Assembly (NCBI RefSeq): GCF_963921235.1
Contig: NC_086097.1
Coordinates: forward strand, 227,914,001-227,978,000
Reading direction: 5' to 3'
DNA length: 64,000 nt
DNA from: Mobula hypostoma
Taxonomy: Eukaryota
Position numbers and translations under genes: made by a program. Positions 1 to 14,203 of this stretch are shown here, piece by piece. A model generated the notes under the pieces. The model did not search any database. It saw only the letters and a program-made list of their open reading frames with translations, and was not told where the DNA came from. The first letter of the stretch is position 1. The number at the start of each line of letters is the position of its first letter.

Positions 1-29
1 ATATGTGAAGAATGTAAGAAATAAAGTCA

Positions 30-290
30 ATTCAATTCAATTCAATATTTTCACTTTGAGATACAGCACGTGAAAAAGTCCCTTCTGGCCCAACGAGCCT
101 GCACCACCCAATTACACCCACATGATCAATTAACCTACAAATCAGTACACCTTTGGTACGTGGGAGAAAATCAGAGAACCTGGAGGAAACCATGGTCACG
201 GGGAAAATGTAGAAACTCCTTACAGACAGCGGCAGAGTTGACCCCAGGTCACTGGAGCTGGAAAAGCATTGCACTAACCACTAGCTATAT
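30..290 (-). mobile_element. tRNA-derived SINE, decayed
   Basis: Reverse complement shares head and core (tagtggttag...gctgtctgtaaggagtt...ccccgtgacc) with the copy at 9175. Confidence 0.6.
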
Positions 291-579
291 TGATGACCAC
301 GTTCCTGACTTTTTAACAGCATCTCTATCATCAGCAAATTTTGAATTTTTATGCCACCCTCTCATATTCAGGTCATCTATATCTTTCAAATAAAGCTGCA
401 GACCAGTGCTGATCTCTGGGAGACATATCTGCCTGCAATCCTCTCATCTGAAAAGCAATCAATTATCATCACTTTCTGTTTCCCATCCTTCAGCTAATTG
501 TTTAATCTATGCTGCTACTGGTTACTTTATTCTATGAACTTCAGCTTTCTTAACCAGTATCTTATGTGGGTCTTCCTAA

Positions 580-1590
580 GTCCATATTCCATACTGTCCA
601 AAATCCACATAGTTGGCATTCATTGTAATTTCTTCAACTTTCTCTGCAAGAAAGTGGACAAAGTTAACAATCAATGAAATAAGCATGAATTGATAGCAGA
701 TTCTGTACAGACCTTTTGAAATCATGGTACTATTTATGGAAGAGTTATAGGGAAAGTTGAATGCTGTTGACATGAATTTGGATTTTAGAAGCACACTTGA
801 TGAAAATGATATAAATGAAGCAGCCGATCTGAGGCTTATGGAATACAAAGGGAAACAGTAACATGGATAAGAAGTTGGCTATGGAATAGGAAACAGAAAG
901 ACCTGGACAACAGTTGTTTTTCTCAGGCTAGGTGAAGAATTCAACGTGTTTATTCCCCATGACTGGCAAAAGGACCACTGGTTTTCTCATTATGGTTTGG
1001 ACTTAAGTGTTCAGAATACAACTTCAAGACTTGCAGATGATATGAAATTTGGGCATGGGGTAAATGTGAGGATGTTTTTCAAATTCTAAAGATTATTGGC
1101 TCTTGAAACGGGCTGACACTGGGCAGCTAAAATTTAATTCAGACAAATGATTTACTTGAATGTCTTCAGGGATACAACATCTCAGTTCTCTAGATAGCTT
1201 TGAGAGGATAGGTGTAAACTCCCTGGAGCAAAGAAGGTTGAAAAGTAATTTGACATTAATGGTCAAGATGATTTAGAGTCTAGAAATTGTGAATAAAGAG
1301 ACATTGTTTCCTTCAGTGTACAAATCAAAAACTAGTGATCTCAGATTTAACACAATTGGAAAAGGAGTTGAAGCATGACTGGGTGAGAAAACTTTTCACA
1401 CAGCAATATTGGTTCACCAGAAATGATGAGAGAAGCAGATTCAAATTATAGTTTTCAAAAGGCAACAAACTCAGTACTTAAAGAATATAAAAGGGCATGA
1501 GCAAGAAAGGTGGCGACTGACCTAATTGAATTCCTGTTACAAAAAGTTGACAATACCTTGATTGGCCAAATGGACTGCTTCAGTGTTGCA
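580..1590 (+). mobile_element. Old CR1 LINE fragment
   Basis: Degenerate RT-region words (atgaatttggattttagaagcac, tgcagatga) and a CR1-type 3' end; many stops. Confidence 0.55.
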
Positions 1591-1599
1591 ATGATCCTT

Positions 1600-2150
1600 A
1601 TTCATCTAGTCCTCGGTGTGCCTTACTCTCAATCGTACAGCTGGATGGTTCCTGTGGGAAGTACCCACTACCCTTGGTTCTTCGCTCCAGTACACATTCA
1701 TTACCAAGGGCACAGGAGCAGGGAAAGTTTAGAGGAGATTGCATGTGTGGTTCCCATGGAGCAATTCCTCTATGTGAGCCACCCAACAATGAAACCTAGA
1801 GAAGGTTTCACACGGTACAATGCTGGCTCCCCATTGGACAATCATCAGCTCACTTGCCACTGCATAAAGAAGGGGGTTATAGAGAAAGGATAAGAAGAGT
1901 AAGAAGGAGAAAAAAAACAGATGAGGAGAAGGAGAGGGCAAAGATAATAGTTAGCAGCAGTGAAGCTGCCCCATCATTGGACTTGGGGAGAGAGCAGAGA
2001 TTATTTTCCTGAGGATCCAGTAGGACGACAGTCCACCAGTTCAGGGAAGAAAGGGAGGAAGCAGCCCATACACAAAAGGAGCAAGATTTTGCCACAATAT
2101 GTATTTGGGAAAATGATACCAAACAAACCCGCTTGTTCTGCGGATGATGT
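1600..2150 (-). mobile_element. Possible highly decayed Penelope-like RT fragment
   Basis: Minus-strand ggaattgctccatgggaaccacacatg resembles the PLE RT motif GxAMGTRM across a frameshift. Weak. Confidence 0.3.
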
Positions 2151-2479
2151 TAACTACTTATAAACAAGCAATTCCAGGAATGTGCTGTCAGGGAAAGTAG
2201 TAAACCAGATATGATAGCAATGTTAGGCAGACAGATGAATGAGTAGGGAGTAAAGGAGAACTTCTATCCTGCTCTTATGACTCTTCAATGGACCTCTTGC
2301 ATGATAAGATGGAATCTTGACTTTACATCTATCTCATTATAATCTTGTACTTTTTTGTTTACCTGCACTGAACTTTCTCTGTAGCTTTTACACTTTATTC
2401 AGCATTGTTATTGTTTTACCTCATTCTACCTCAATGCACTGTGTAATGATTTGATCTGGTAAGACAAGCTTTTCACTGT

Positions 2480-3140
2480 AACAGAATCGGAATCACTTTG
2501 TTGCCAGTTTGTGAAACATACCAGGATTGATTGAAGTTCAGTGTCAACCATGAAACACAGGATAATAACATAATGACAACACAGTAGACACCAACAATTT
2601 AGAAGACAATAGTGAAAACAGCCGTGAGCAATCAACAATCAGCAGAATGATAACATTCGCAAATATCAATAATCAAACTTAAATAAGTGAACATATGAAC
2701 AGTAATTATCAACAGAAAAAGGAAAGCAGGGAAGACCATTTAACTCATGCTGTGTAGGGACAGGCAGGGTATTACACCAGAGTGAGTTTCGTTGAGAAGC
2801 TAGATAGCTACAGGAAAGAAGCTTTGAAGGTAATGCGTAGTCCTGGTAGTGATGGACTTGGAGGGTCTTCCTGTTGGCAATTTGGTGAATAGGTGATTGT
2901 TACGGTGGGTGGAGTCAGCAGTAATTTTTTCAGCTCTTTTTGTTGCTATGGCGAGGAACAGGTCTTTTTAAGACAACCAATGATCTTCTCTGCTGAGTGG
3001 ATCACTCACTGCAACCTGGACTTGGAGAGGGAGGAAGCAGCAGAGGTGCTCACAGCACTCTCAAGGATGGCTGAGTAGAGAATCATCAGGATACGCCCTG
3101 AGAAGTTAAGTTTCATAAGCTGGTTTAGGAAGAACAATCT
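2480..3140 (-). mobile_element. Rex1/Babar-like LINE 3' fragment
   Basis: Resembles the reverse complement of the ORF end and 3' UTR of the element at 56472-58025; (gattc)-type tail near 2484. Confidence 0.5.
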
Positions 3141-3589
3141 CTCCCAGAGATTGTATCTTGTACATGTATCTTGGTACATGTGACAATAATAAACCAATAC
3201 CAGTACCCAACAAGTAAAGAACATTCCCCTACTTCTAAGTTTCCTTTAGACTCTTCACTATTATAAATCAAATGAAATCAACACCATAACCTACTATCCC
3301 ATCACCACTCTCAACTGCCAGTCAAAACTCCAAACTCTACCACATAATGCTCCAAACTGCCCCAACTTTTTTTTTAGCATATATATTCCATCACAAAGTG
3401 AAGTAAGTTGTTTGTTGGTTATATGAAGATGTATTTTGCATGTTGCAGTTTTGGTTGCAGTATTTTATGACTTATCTACCTTCAGATATTTCAGCTTCCC
3501 AAGCACTTTCTCTTTAGTAATAGCAACTTCTCGCACTTCTGCTCCTTGATACATTTGAAGTGCTAGTAAAGGCTGATGCAAAATGCATA

Positions 3590-4085
3590 TTAAGTTTGTC
3601 CACCAGCTCTTTGTCCCTCATTATTGCCTCTCCATAATCATTCTCCAGTGGTCCAGTATCCACTCTTGCCTCTCTTTCATTTTTTATATATCTGGAAAAA
3701 AAACTTTTAGTGTAATTTGATATCAATGACCAGCTTACCTTCATATTCAATCTTTTCTCTCCTTATGGTTTTCTTTACTTGCCTTCTGTTGGTTTTTAAA
3801 AGCTTTCCAACCCACTAATTTCCCATTAATTTGTGCTATATTATATGCCCACTTTTGCTTTTATGCTGTCTTTTATTTTCCTTGTCAGTCATGTTTGCCT
3901 CACCCTCCCTTTAGAATACTTCTTAATCTTTGGGATGTATCTATCCTGCACTTTCCAAATTTCCCTCAGAAACTCCAGCCGCTGCTGATCTGCCATCATC
4001 CCTGCTAGTGTCCCTTTCCAATCAACTTTGGCCAGCTCCTCTGTAATTCCCTTTACTGATATAACTTTATCTTCCCTCTGTCTCA
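3590..4085 (-). mobile_element. CR1 LINE fragment
   Basis: ORF pieces FFSRYIKNEREARVDTGPLEND...LNMHFASAFT and ELAKVDWKGTLAG are typical of CR1 ORF2; homologous to 10826-11670. Confidence 0.75.
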
Positions 4086-4139
4086 AGCTGCAGAGTTAGT
4101 TACTTGATTGTAATTAACTTGATTGAGTTTTTTGACATG

Positions 4140-4295
4140 GTGATAGAAACATAGAAACATAGAAAATAGGTGCAGGAGTAGGCCATTCGGCCCTTCGAGC
4201 CTGCACCGCCATTTATTATGATCATGGCTGATCCTCCAACTCAGAACCCTGCACCAGCCTTCCCTCCAGCCTTCCCCTGACCCCCGTAGCCGCAA
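4140..4295 (-). mobile_element. CR1 3' end with (ATAGAAAC)n tail
   Basis: atagaaacatagaaacatagaaaataggtgcaggagtaggccattcggccc is the typical CR1 tail read in reverse. Confidence 0.7.
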
Positions 4296-4296
4296 C

Positions 4297-4880
4297 TAAA
4301 AAGTCATTGTGTTCTAGGCTATGTTTGTCCTGCAGGAATTGGAAACTTTGTAATACTCTTTTATGTATAAATGAGAGGTAGGTTGTAAGACCTTTCTTTA
4401 TCCATAGTTCAAATCTTTTATCTCCTCTGTTGGGGAGGAATTCGGTATCATATGCACACCATCTGAAAAGTTTTAACATGTTATTGATTCCACATGAATT
4501 AACCACCTTCTGCCATACTTTTAATGTAAGATTTATGCAGCTGTTTTTAAACTTTTCCAATTGGGCCATCAATCCTTTGTCAGCTATTGAGGCCTGTAGA
4601 GGAAAACTGCCAACTAATCCAAATTCTATTTCCTTCCACCTAGCCTTATATTTCCTATTACACCAATATAACAGAGGGGTTATCTGTGAAGCATAAAAAT
4701 AATTTCTCAAGCAAGGAAGTACCATACCTCCTCCTTCCTTCCCTAACTGTAAGGTGTTATATCGAATTCTAGATTTCTTTCTTTGCCAGATAAAGCAGGA
4801 AATCCATTTGTCCCATTCCCTGAATTGATTATCATCCACCTCCACAGGTAAAGTCTGGAAAAGGTAAAGTAACCGATGAG
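4297..4880 (-). mobile_element. L1-clade LINE ORF2 fragment (post-RT region)
   Basis: Open frame RLLYLFQTLPVEV...ISCFIWQRKKSRIRYNTLQLGKEGGGMVLPCLRNYFYASQ. FIW.....RI....L...K..GG..LP is diagnostic of fish-type L1 ORF2. Confidence 0.85.
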
Positions 4881-7679
4881 GGTGATTGATGAAGAGCTGT
4901 GGATGTTATCTTCACAGACTTTGACAAGGTCCCCCATGGGAGGCTCATCCAAATGACTAAGATACAGGAGATCCGCAGCAAACTGGCCATAAATCTCATG
5001 CTATCATTGTTATAGCACATGGAGCTTCTCTTGATTTGACAGCTACAAAATTTGAAGTCTAAGAATCACTGATTGACCAATTCAATGCAAGGGAATGATC
5101 GTGTCCATTGAAGTTGTATATTTTGTAGTTTTACACTAGCATAATTATAGAAACGGTCAGTTATTAGTGAACAATAAAATCACATTCTCTTTGACACTCT
5201 GTGTAACCTGTGGTCCTTGGAGAAAGTTAAAATCTGAAAGTAATAAACAGCAGGTAAATATGAGGAATATTACTGACTAAAATAAGCAAAAATATTGACA
5301 GTCAGATAAAATAAAGAAAAAAATTAAAATATTAAATTTTTATTAAAGGTTTGCTTTTTGAAGAAATTGCTTTTTAAGTTACCAATATAATCAATGCTTT
5401 GTCGACAAACGGAAATTTCAATATTAGCACTCTGATATATGCACCACCTTTGGAGATATGAGAACTCAGGGAACAAGGAATATCTGTGTTTGTTTAGGGA
5501 ACAGAGAAATATCTCACTACAAGGCAAAGGAGCAGCATCAAATACTCTCAGCTGCAACTGGAAAAGCTGAAAATACTGGGCCATTCAGGAAGCATCTCTG
5601 GAGAGGAAACACAAATAATGTTTCAGATCGGCAGCGTTTCAAGAATTCAATAAAACTCATTTCAAGTTTATGTTACAGCCAAGCTTTTATTTTAAGTGTT
5701 GACCTTCTCCAGAGCTGTGGATAGTAGTTTATTGATCTCACTCACCCAGTGAGACACCCTTCATCACAAGGTGAGAAATAGTGATGCCCAGCATTACTTG
5801 CACCAGCACTCAGCTTTGTTTTCAATTGTAAAGATAATAAACCAGTCAAGGAACACATTCAAGTAAGGCTTGTCCAACATCTATACCTGGAATCTTAAAC
5901 TACAAGTAATGCCATTCCATGGAAGAGATGATCAATAACTATTTCCTCACATTTCTCAGGTTTGAACCTTGCACCAATGTGATGTATTGTGTTAAATAAC
6001 CTAAAACAGCATTTTGCCAAGGCACCCTTTTCACCAACTTTAAAGGTTTTTATTGCTCAGCTGACCTGCCATTGGTTGCTTTGGGACAAAGAAGGCTGAG
6101 GAAAGACTTAATAATGATGTATAACATTATGAGAAGCTTGATAGGGAAGAGGAATTTCTCTGAATAGATGGATCAAAATGAGAGGAATGGGTAGAAGCAT
6201 TAAAGGGGTAATAGGAAAAACTGAGTTTTTGGAACTCAGTGTCTAAAAGCACATTAGAGACAGGAACCATCACCACGTTTAAAGTGCTAATGTGCCCCAA
6301 GCTGTCTCTAGACCTTGTGTTAGAAGCTGAGGTTAGGTTTAGCAGGTCTTCAATAGCATCACTATCACAAAGTTCAATGTTATTGTCAGCAACCTAAAGC
6401 TTAGTTTGAGATAAATGCAGTGAATAGAGGAGACGGTCAGATACTGTAGTGAACGGTTCAAGTAAATCCCAAAATGTAACGGTAAGTAGGGATAGCTACA
6501 AAACATTGACATCATCCAGACAAGGCAGTCCATGAAAGAATACCACCGTCCGCCATCCTAAACATATCTTATTCGGGCTCAATTATATCATCAATGCAAA
6601 TAGCTTCCACCAAAAGACTCCAGGAGATGCATGAGAACATAGAAATTTAGGTGCACCTTCATGTGACATAATTAGAAACCAGTATTGTCCGTTTGTAATT
6701 GCTCAGCTGAAATCAAATGGTAAGAAGAAATCCTGCCATTGCTGATTAACTGGACTCAGAAAACTCACACTCATTCCTCAACCAGACTTTATTTACTTGT
6801 GCACAAGGGAAAAAGCATGGCCCCTGACAGCACACTGGTCTGAAGTCCAAACAGAGAAATTACGTTATACAAAATTGACTTGCAGTTACGGATAACAGCA
6901 TGTATGTTCATTTTCTTTATTTACAAGACTGATTGCCATTCACAGCGCAGGTGTTAAAAGTCATTATAAACTACAAGCTAACAAATAATGATAGTTTAAA
7001 GTTGGTAAAGTAATTGTCCTTTAGTTGGTGTGAGTGCTCCTTGCATTCTTATCTCGTCTCAGTAAGCCAGAATGGCTCCAGTTCCCCATTGTGCAAAGGG
7101 AAGTTATGCTCTTCAAAGGCCTTTCTTGCCTTGGCTATCTGCAGTCTGTCCTTGCCTGGACATTATGTTAACCCTGGCCTTGCCACAACTTCCACAACCA
7201 TTTCAGTGTGACTGAGCCTGCTCTGTAAATTTAGTTTAACTGACTCCTACAGTGCATCCAAAGAAAGGATTAAAAACAATGAAACCCACTAGAGACAGAG
7301 TGCTGCCTCTCTGAGCTGTGCTATGAAAGGAACTATTGCAGCCTAGGTTCTTCAGCTTTAGAAGCTTTACAAAAATATCATTTCCAGTGATCTTTACCAG
7401 ATCATACAGTAGGGCCCAATAAAGAACTTTTATACCTTTCTTTATGCTTAATACTTTCACAGAAATACTGAACAACAGACAGCATTAAGCACGAATATTA
7501 CAAGCATTCTGATTTGGAACAGAGATGCTTTGATATAGATGTAATACCTGTATGTTTGCTGAGATGTATTCCTAAATATACGAGCTTTTAAATTCATAGG
7601 ATATAGATTTCCATTATCATAATGTTTTATAATATGTTTAAATTCTAAAATGTTTATGACAATGAGATGGAATACAGAA

Positions 7680-8135
7680 TGCACTCTCTCGGGCCAACAC
7701 TCCCAATATTGGGATCTAATTACATTCAACCAGTTCCAATAGGAAAGCTACATTATTTGCATGCCCAAGCCAGACATTTGAAGTGGACCTTCTGCTCTGA
7801 GCCCTGTCCTGTCAATATTACCACCTGGACAGAAGAAATGACTCAAACTTTGTTAAGAGACTCTAATATTCACACTAATGTGTAGTTAACTCTGGACCAC
7901 CCTGCTCAAAATGGAGAAGCATGCAATGGGATGCTGATAACTTCGAATCCATTCCTTCAGAGCACTGGAAAGCCCAGTGTAAGCAATGGAAGGAGCACCA
8001 AACTACTCAAATAACTCATTCACTCTCCTGACTTGGCTGTGGCAGCACCAGCAGATTACACACTGGCCTCATAATTCATCTCAGAACTCACAAGAGTGGA
8101 ATCAAGTCATCTTCAATCCCAAGGGAAGCAGCTAA
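7680..8135 (+). mobile_element. Old RTE-clade LINE 3' fragment
   Basis: Decayed match to the RTE ORF C-terminus and 3' end (ggcctcataattcatctcagaactcac...caagtcatcttcaatccc). Confidence 0.5.
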
Positions 8136-8505
8136 AATTATGCTGCTGTTCAATAATCTCAGAGCACTGAATGGAATATCTTATTGCTCACTTTGGTAGA
8201 CATTATGGTTATTACAAGCCAGAAGAAGATGACTACAGATACAAGCAAATTTAGAGAAGGATGAGTTGTTCTCCGATCTTGGCAACCCAACCATCACACC
8301 GCCCAAGTCACACATTTTCCAAATTAAGTTTAGAGTTAGTAATACAAATCTCAGAAGTAATAATGGCCATAGTGACTAAATTTGATCATCAAGCTATGTG
8401 ACATTTCTATGTTCTATGTTGTTCCATAATTTATTATTCTCTTAATCTTTGCAAATGTATTTGCTAGTGCTGCTGCATACTGTATATACAGACATAAATA
8501 TAAAT

Positions 8506-8552
8506 ACACACACACACACACACACATCTATATATATATATATATATATATA
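8506..8552. repeat. Compound (CA)n/(TA)n microsatellite
   Basis: Directly visible. Confidence 0.9.
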
Positions 8553-8585
8553 ATTACATCACATAGCTGCACGAATAACGGAATG

Positions 8586-8591
8586 TTTATT
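8586..8591 (-). promoter_or_regulatory. Candidate polyadenylation signal of the SERINC gene
   Basis: AATAAA on the minus strand about 245 nt after the stop codon, followed downstream by (TA)n and a (TG)n tract that could act as the GU-rich element. Confidence 0.45.
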
Positions 8592-8835
8592 CCTTACAAT
8601 GGAACTTCATCTGATAATCCATTATCAATCCGAAGAACAGGTTACGCATGGTTAAATTATTATTTATCAACAATAACAGATGCACATCCTTTAGCCACAA
8701 AGATTAATGATGGATTGGGTATGTGTATTTAATTTAGGTTGGTATAAAGCTGTTATTTATAAGAAAGGTTGTATTAAGGATCTCACAGTGCAGTAAATGA
8801 ACTCTTCTTCCATGCCTGCTTTTCCCACTTCATTC

Positions 8836-8983
8836 TCAGTTTATATTTTCTTCAAAATCCTCATGCTTGGAAAGAACCAAAGGAGCCAGGAGAGTCCAGA
8901 TGTAAAGGGAGCTACAAACCCATATGGAAGCAAACTTCATCCAAACTGCAATCCAACTGCTTGAAATTCTCTTGAAATCAGGT
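8836..8983 (-). CDS. SERINC3: SERINC3-like terminal coding exon (to TGA stop)
   Basis: gtcatag|A CCT GAT TTC...ATA AAC TGA. Translates RPDFKRISSSWIAVWMKFASIWVCSSLYIWTLLAPLVLSKHEDFEENIN*, matching the SERINC C-terminus W.AVWVK..SSW...LY.WTL.AP....RDF. Confidence 0.93.
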
Positions 8984-9174
8984 CTATGACTGGACGTAGA
9001 ATATAAGAAAGTTATTACAGATTACCTTAGACTTTCTGGAAGTTGATCCGATAAATGGCTTTATCATTTATAAATGAAACTAAAGTGAGTTTTTCTGGAA
9101 AAGTTAAACTTCTTTATAAACTACTGCCATGAAAGTACGCTGCACAATAATTGGATGCAAACACATAATATGTA

Positions 9175-9372
9175 CAGCATGGTAGCGTAATGGTTAGCAC
9201 AGGACTCTACAGTACCAGCGACCCGGGATCTGTTCCCACTGCTGTCTATAAGGAGTTTATACGTTCTCCCCGTGACTTCATGTGTTTTCTCCAGGTGCTT
9301 CATTTTCCTCCCACAGGTCAAAGACGTAGCAGTTGGTAGGTTAATTGGTCATTGTAAATTGTCCCATGATTA
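9175..9372 (+). mobile_element. tRNA-derived SINE
   Basis: Box-A-like tagcgtaatggttag, box-B-like ggatctgttccc, and a core shared with copies at about 30-290, 23575-23880 and 61265-61560. Confidence 0.7.
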
Positions 9373-9379
9373 CTCCAGG

Positions 9380-11875
9380 ATTAAGACCATAAGACCATCA
9401 GACACAGGAGCAGAATTAGGCCATTCAACCCATCAAGTCTGCTCCACCATTCCATCATGGCTGATCCCAGTTCCCACTCAACCCCATACACCTGCCTTCT
9501 CGCCATATCCTTTGATGCCCTGACCTATCAGGAAACGATCAACTGCCTTAAATATACCCATGGACTCAGACTCCACTGCAGTCTGTGGCAGAGCATTCCA
9601 CAGATTCACTACCCTCTGGTTAAAAAAATTCCTCCTTACCTCTGTTCTAAATGGTAGCCCCTCCATTTTGAGGCTGTTCCTTCTAGTTCTGGATATCCCC
9701 ACCACAAGAAACATCCTCTCCACATTCACCCCATCTGGTAGGTTTCAATGAGATCCCTCCCGCCCCACCGCATTATTCTAAATTCCAGTGAGTACCGGCC
9801 CAAAGCTGCCAAATGATCCTTATGTTTTTTTTAACACTTTACTTTCAAAATTTAAAAAAAAACCATGAAATCAATAAGAACGTACCAGCTCAGACATGTG
9901 TAAAACTGAAATAAGCAAAAAAAAGGGGACATAACATTAAAGGGATGCATATTGTACAAAATGCTCAAAAATACTAAACATTAAATCTCAAACGAGGGCC
10001 GTGAGAAATCAGCTGGGGGGAAATTGTTCATCTGCCCCCGGCTTCGTCCTCATACGTTAACGTTTTCATTCCTGGAATCATCCTCTTGAACCTTCTCTGG
10101 ATTCCCTCCAATGACAACACAGCCTTTCTGAGATATGGGGCCCAAAACTGTTGACAATATTCCAAGTGACTAGTGTCTGATAAAGGCTCAGCATTATCTC
10201 CTTGCTTTTATATTCTATTCCCCTTGAAATAAATGCCTTCTTTAACACAAACTCAACCGGTATATTAATCTTCTGAGAGTTTTGCATGTGGACTCCTAAG
10301 TCCCTCTGTACCCCTGATGTTTGAACCTTCTTCCTATTAGGATAATAGTCTGTACAATTGTTCTTTTCACCAAAATGCATTATCATACATTTCCCAACAT
10401 CTGCCATTTTTTTGCCCATTTTCCAATTTGTCTAAGTCTTGCTGCAATTGCATTGCTTCCTCAGCACTACCAACCCCTCCACCTATCTACGTAACATCTG
10501 CAGACTTTGCCACAAAGCCATCAATTCCAATATCAATCACTGACAAACAATATGAAACGTAGCGATCCCAATAGTGGCCCCTGAGGAACACCACTAGCAA
10601 CTGGCAGCCAACCAGAAAAAGACCCTTTTATTCCCACTTACTGCCTCCTGCCTGTCAGCCATTCCTCTATCCATGCCAGTATCTTTCCAGTAACACCATT
10701 TTATCTTGATTTTATCTTGGCACCTTATCAAACACCTTCTGAAAATCCAAGTAAATGATATCCACTACCTCTCCTTTGTTCACCCTTCTTGTTACTCACT
10801 CAAAGAACTCTAGCAGATTTTCCTGTCATAGAAACCATGCTGACTTTGACATTTTATCATTAGTCTCCAAGTATCCCGAAACCTCATCCATAATAATAGA
10901 GTCCAACACTTTCCCAACCACTGGGGTTAGGCTAACTGGCCTATAATTTCCTTTCCTTTGCCTTCCTCCCTTCTTAAAGAGTGGAGTGACATTTGTAATC
11001 TTCCAGTCCTCTGGAACCATACCAGAATCAAGTGATTCTTGAAAGATCGTGAACGATGCATCCGTTATCTCTTCAGCAACCTCTCTCAGGATTCTGGGAA
11101 GTAGTCCATCTGGTCCAGGTGACTTAACCACCTTAAGACCTTTGAGTTTGCCTTGCATTTTTTCCTTTGTAATAGCAATGGCAATCACTCCTGCTCCATG
11201 ACACTCATGGACGTCTAGCACACTGCTAGTGTCTTCTTCAGTGAAGACAGATGCAAAGTACCCATTAAGTTCATCTGCCATTACTTTGTCCCCCATTCCT
11301 ACCTCATTTACCAGTGGTCCAATATCAACTCTCACATCCCTTTTACTCTATATATAACTGAAAAAACTTTTGGTATCCTGCTTATATTCTTGGCTAGTCT
11401 GCCCTCATATTTCATCTTTTCCCTTCTTATAGCTTTTTCAGTTGCCTTTTCTTAGATTTTAAAAGCTTCCTAATCATCCAACTTCCCACTCATTTTTGCC
11501 GCATTATATGCCCTTTCCTTGGCTTTTATGCAGTCATTAACTTCCTTTGTCAGCCACAGTTGCCTACCCCTGCCATTTGAGAACTTCTTCCTCTGTGAGA
11601 CATATCTATCCTGGACCTCCGAACTATTCCCAGAATAGTCGTGCCAACAGTTCATCCACCTTATTCCCAATGCGACACGTATTTAAATACAGCACCTTCA
11701 GTCCTGTATTCTTCACCCTTTTGAATTTTGCCTCTGTGGTACAATTTAACTCTTTACTCTGTCTGCATTTGTACCCAATTATTGGCTTGTCCTTCCTTAC
11801 ATTCATGTTACATGTAAACAACCGGCTCATCCTCAGCTCTGTCATACTGGCTCCCATCCCCCTGCCATATTATTA
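9380..11875 (-). mobile_element. CR1 LINE, fragmented ORF2 and 3' UTR
   Basis: ORFs with KSPGPDGLLPRILREVA, NVTPLFKKG, GNYRPVSLT and FFNQRVVNLWNALP. Multiple frameshifts, with an unrelated interruption at about 9825-10045. Confidence 0.9.
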
Positions 11876-11992
11876 AATCGGGGGTTGCTGAGCGCTGTAG
11901 CTTGAAGGGCCAGAAGGACATACTCCGCCCTGTATTTCAACAAATAAATAAATAAACAAATAAATAATGTGATTGATATTCCAACCAAACCA

Positions 11993-12087
11993 TTGATTGC
12001 TTTAGATTAGGGTTCAAAGAAAGTAAACTGGAATTTTGGTTGATTGTTTTAGATTAGGGTTAAAAGAGAGTAAACTGGAATTTTGGC
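11993..12087. repeat. Tandem duplication of a ~47 bp unit (2 copies)
   Basis: ttgattgctttagattagggttcaaagaaagtaaactggaattttgg repeated with few differences. Confidence 0.85.
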
Positions 12088-12298
12088 CTAGCATATTGGC
12101 TTGGAACTTCCTAAGAGGAGTGAAACACTCACATTTAATTGACACTGGAATCTTGAATTCCCAACAAAAACTTCCAGCTCAGACCTGATCAATGAGACTT
12201 CACAGAATACAGGGCCTTAAAATGGTAAATATTTGAACACTTGGAACCTATATGTTTAATGTTAAGAATATACCTTATAAGTAGAGCTTTTTTCTTAC

Positions 12299-12514
12299 CT
12301 ATGCCAGTTAGTTAGTGTCATCATAACATACATAGATGCCAGGAAAAGAATGAAGTGGAAAAATGAGTAACTGTAATGAACTCCTTCCTTTTCATTGTCC
12401 TGAAATCGATGTACTTCCTCACAGCCCTCCTGGATTGATACACTTTCCAAAGATCCGGCATCTATATTATTGATGGAGTGGCCATGCCTCTGTGTGCAGC
12501 TCGACTTCCTAATG
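12299..12514 (-). CDS. SERINC3: SERINC3-like penultimate exon, 216 bp
   Basis: tgttttgtcag|C ATT AGG...TGG CAT AG|gtaaga. Contains [32 protein letters not shown], the hallmark SERINC motif. Confidence 0.95.
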
Positions 12515-14203
12515 CTGACAAAACACAATATCAATAGATTTAGTTAAGAAATCAATAGTGCTCAGTTTTAATAAGCTGTGATTGTAAAGGGCTTAGGAAC
12601 TTAGAAGACTGCAGCTCTGGAAAGGAACTGGATGAATGAACTGTTTAAGTCCGCCTAACCAGCCCTATACCCCTAATCTACATGCTAGTATCTCTCTGGT
12701 CTTCCTTTAATCTTTTCCCACAGTCTTACTTACTGGACAACCTGTTGCTCATAGATGCTACCACATATGCATTTTTCCTTTTCTATCTGTGTTTGAGTGT
12801 ACAGTTTGTAGGAAAATCAAATATATATTTATCTCTTCTTTCCATAAGCTTGAATACTGAAATAAAAACTCCATTGAATCTTATCTCTTGAAAAAGAAAC
12901 AATATCAGCTTTTTCAATCTTGCCTTGGTATCATTGTGGTCATGTTTTGGCCAGAAGTGTACACAGACAGTAGTCAAGGTATCTACATTCAATAGTTATG
13001 TCACCTTCTTTTTATACTATTCGAGGGTGTGCAGCCTAGTCAAAAATCTAAGTTCTGCGCTCACCTGATGCTAGTTGAATTAACAATGTGAAATGGACTG
13101 CTATTGTCCTTTTGTTTCTATCTGTACCTCGAACTTTCAGATCAGAGGGACCTCGTTCCCGTGAGTTGCTTTCCATTTTAAATGTTGTGCTTTATAGAAG
13201 CCGGGATGATCAGAGTGTGTCCTCTCCAACAAAAATGGTTAGCAATGAATGAACATTGGTCTACATTTTCTGCAAGACCAAAGTGGGGCAAGACTCTCTG
13301 ACGAGGCTGATCACTACTTTTGGCCTCAACTGAGGGAGGTGAAGGAACTGCAGAGGTGCTTAAGGGTAGAGCTGCTCACAGATATACACATACACACACA
13401 CACCAGGAGACAACGGATCCACACAAGAATCATTTTAAAAGACTAATGGATTGCTCTTATTGAAAATATCATTGGAGATCACAGGATCCAAATTCAGATG
13501 CAGCTGGTGAGAGTGCACTGGGAACAGTAAGTTCAGATTTTGGCACTCTCTCCCAGGAAGAACAATGCACCTGATTGGCACAAGGGCTAAAAATGGCAAA
13601 TTGTAAGAACATGTTGCAGAGACTGTTGTGGCTCTGAATAGGGCTGAGAATGTTGGTAAGTTCTAAATACTAGGGGGACAGTAGAGCTCCGAAAACCTCA
13701 CAATAAGACTGCATCCTTTATTCTAGTCCATCATCAATGAGGGGAGAGGAGAAGTGACCCTTGTTCCATCTATAAAATATATTGACCAATAAGTAAGTGT
13801 ATGTCTTAGCATCTTATTTACAGATCAGTAAACCACATAGATTTATAGTCATAGATTAATAACGATTAACAACCTGAACGTAATGTTGAGTATTAGACCA
13901 TTGTGAGGTAAGAAAGCACATCTTTATAGCATAGCTTTGTAATCGTCAGAAAATTTCCCTGTAAAATGTTGTGGAGATCAGGTCAGAATTGACATTTATA
14001 CACAAATCAACTATGATTTTCATTAACTGCAAAACAAACTGGAAAAATGTTCCACATTTCCTATATCTTCCTGATATACTTACAAACGTAGTCTACTCTT
14101 CAAAATACTGGTTACATTGTGACTTTTGTCGAAAATAATGCTGAAGGCCAGTGTTGTATTACGTTGGTAATAAAATACCAAAGCAAATAGTACTCATGAT
14201 TAC

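Noticed and set aside
4222..4845. 207-aa ORF as a host gene
   Set aside because: It is an L1 ORF2 fragment that runs on into a CR1 tail.
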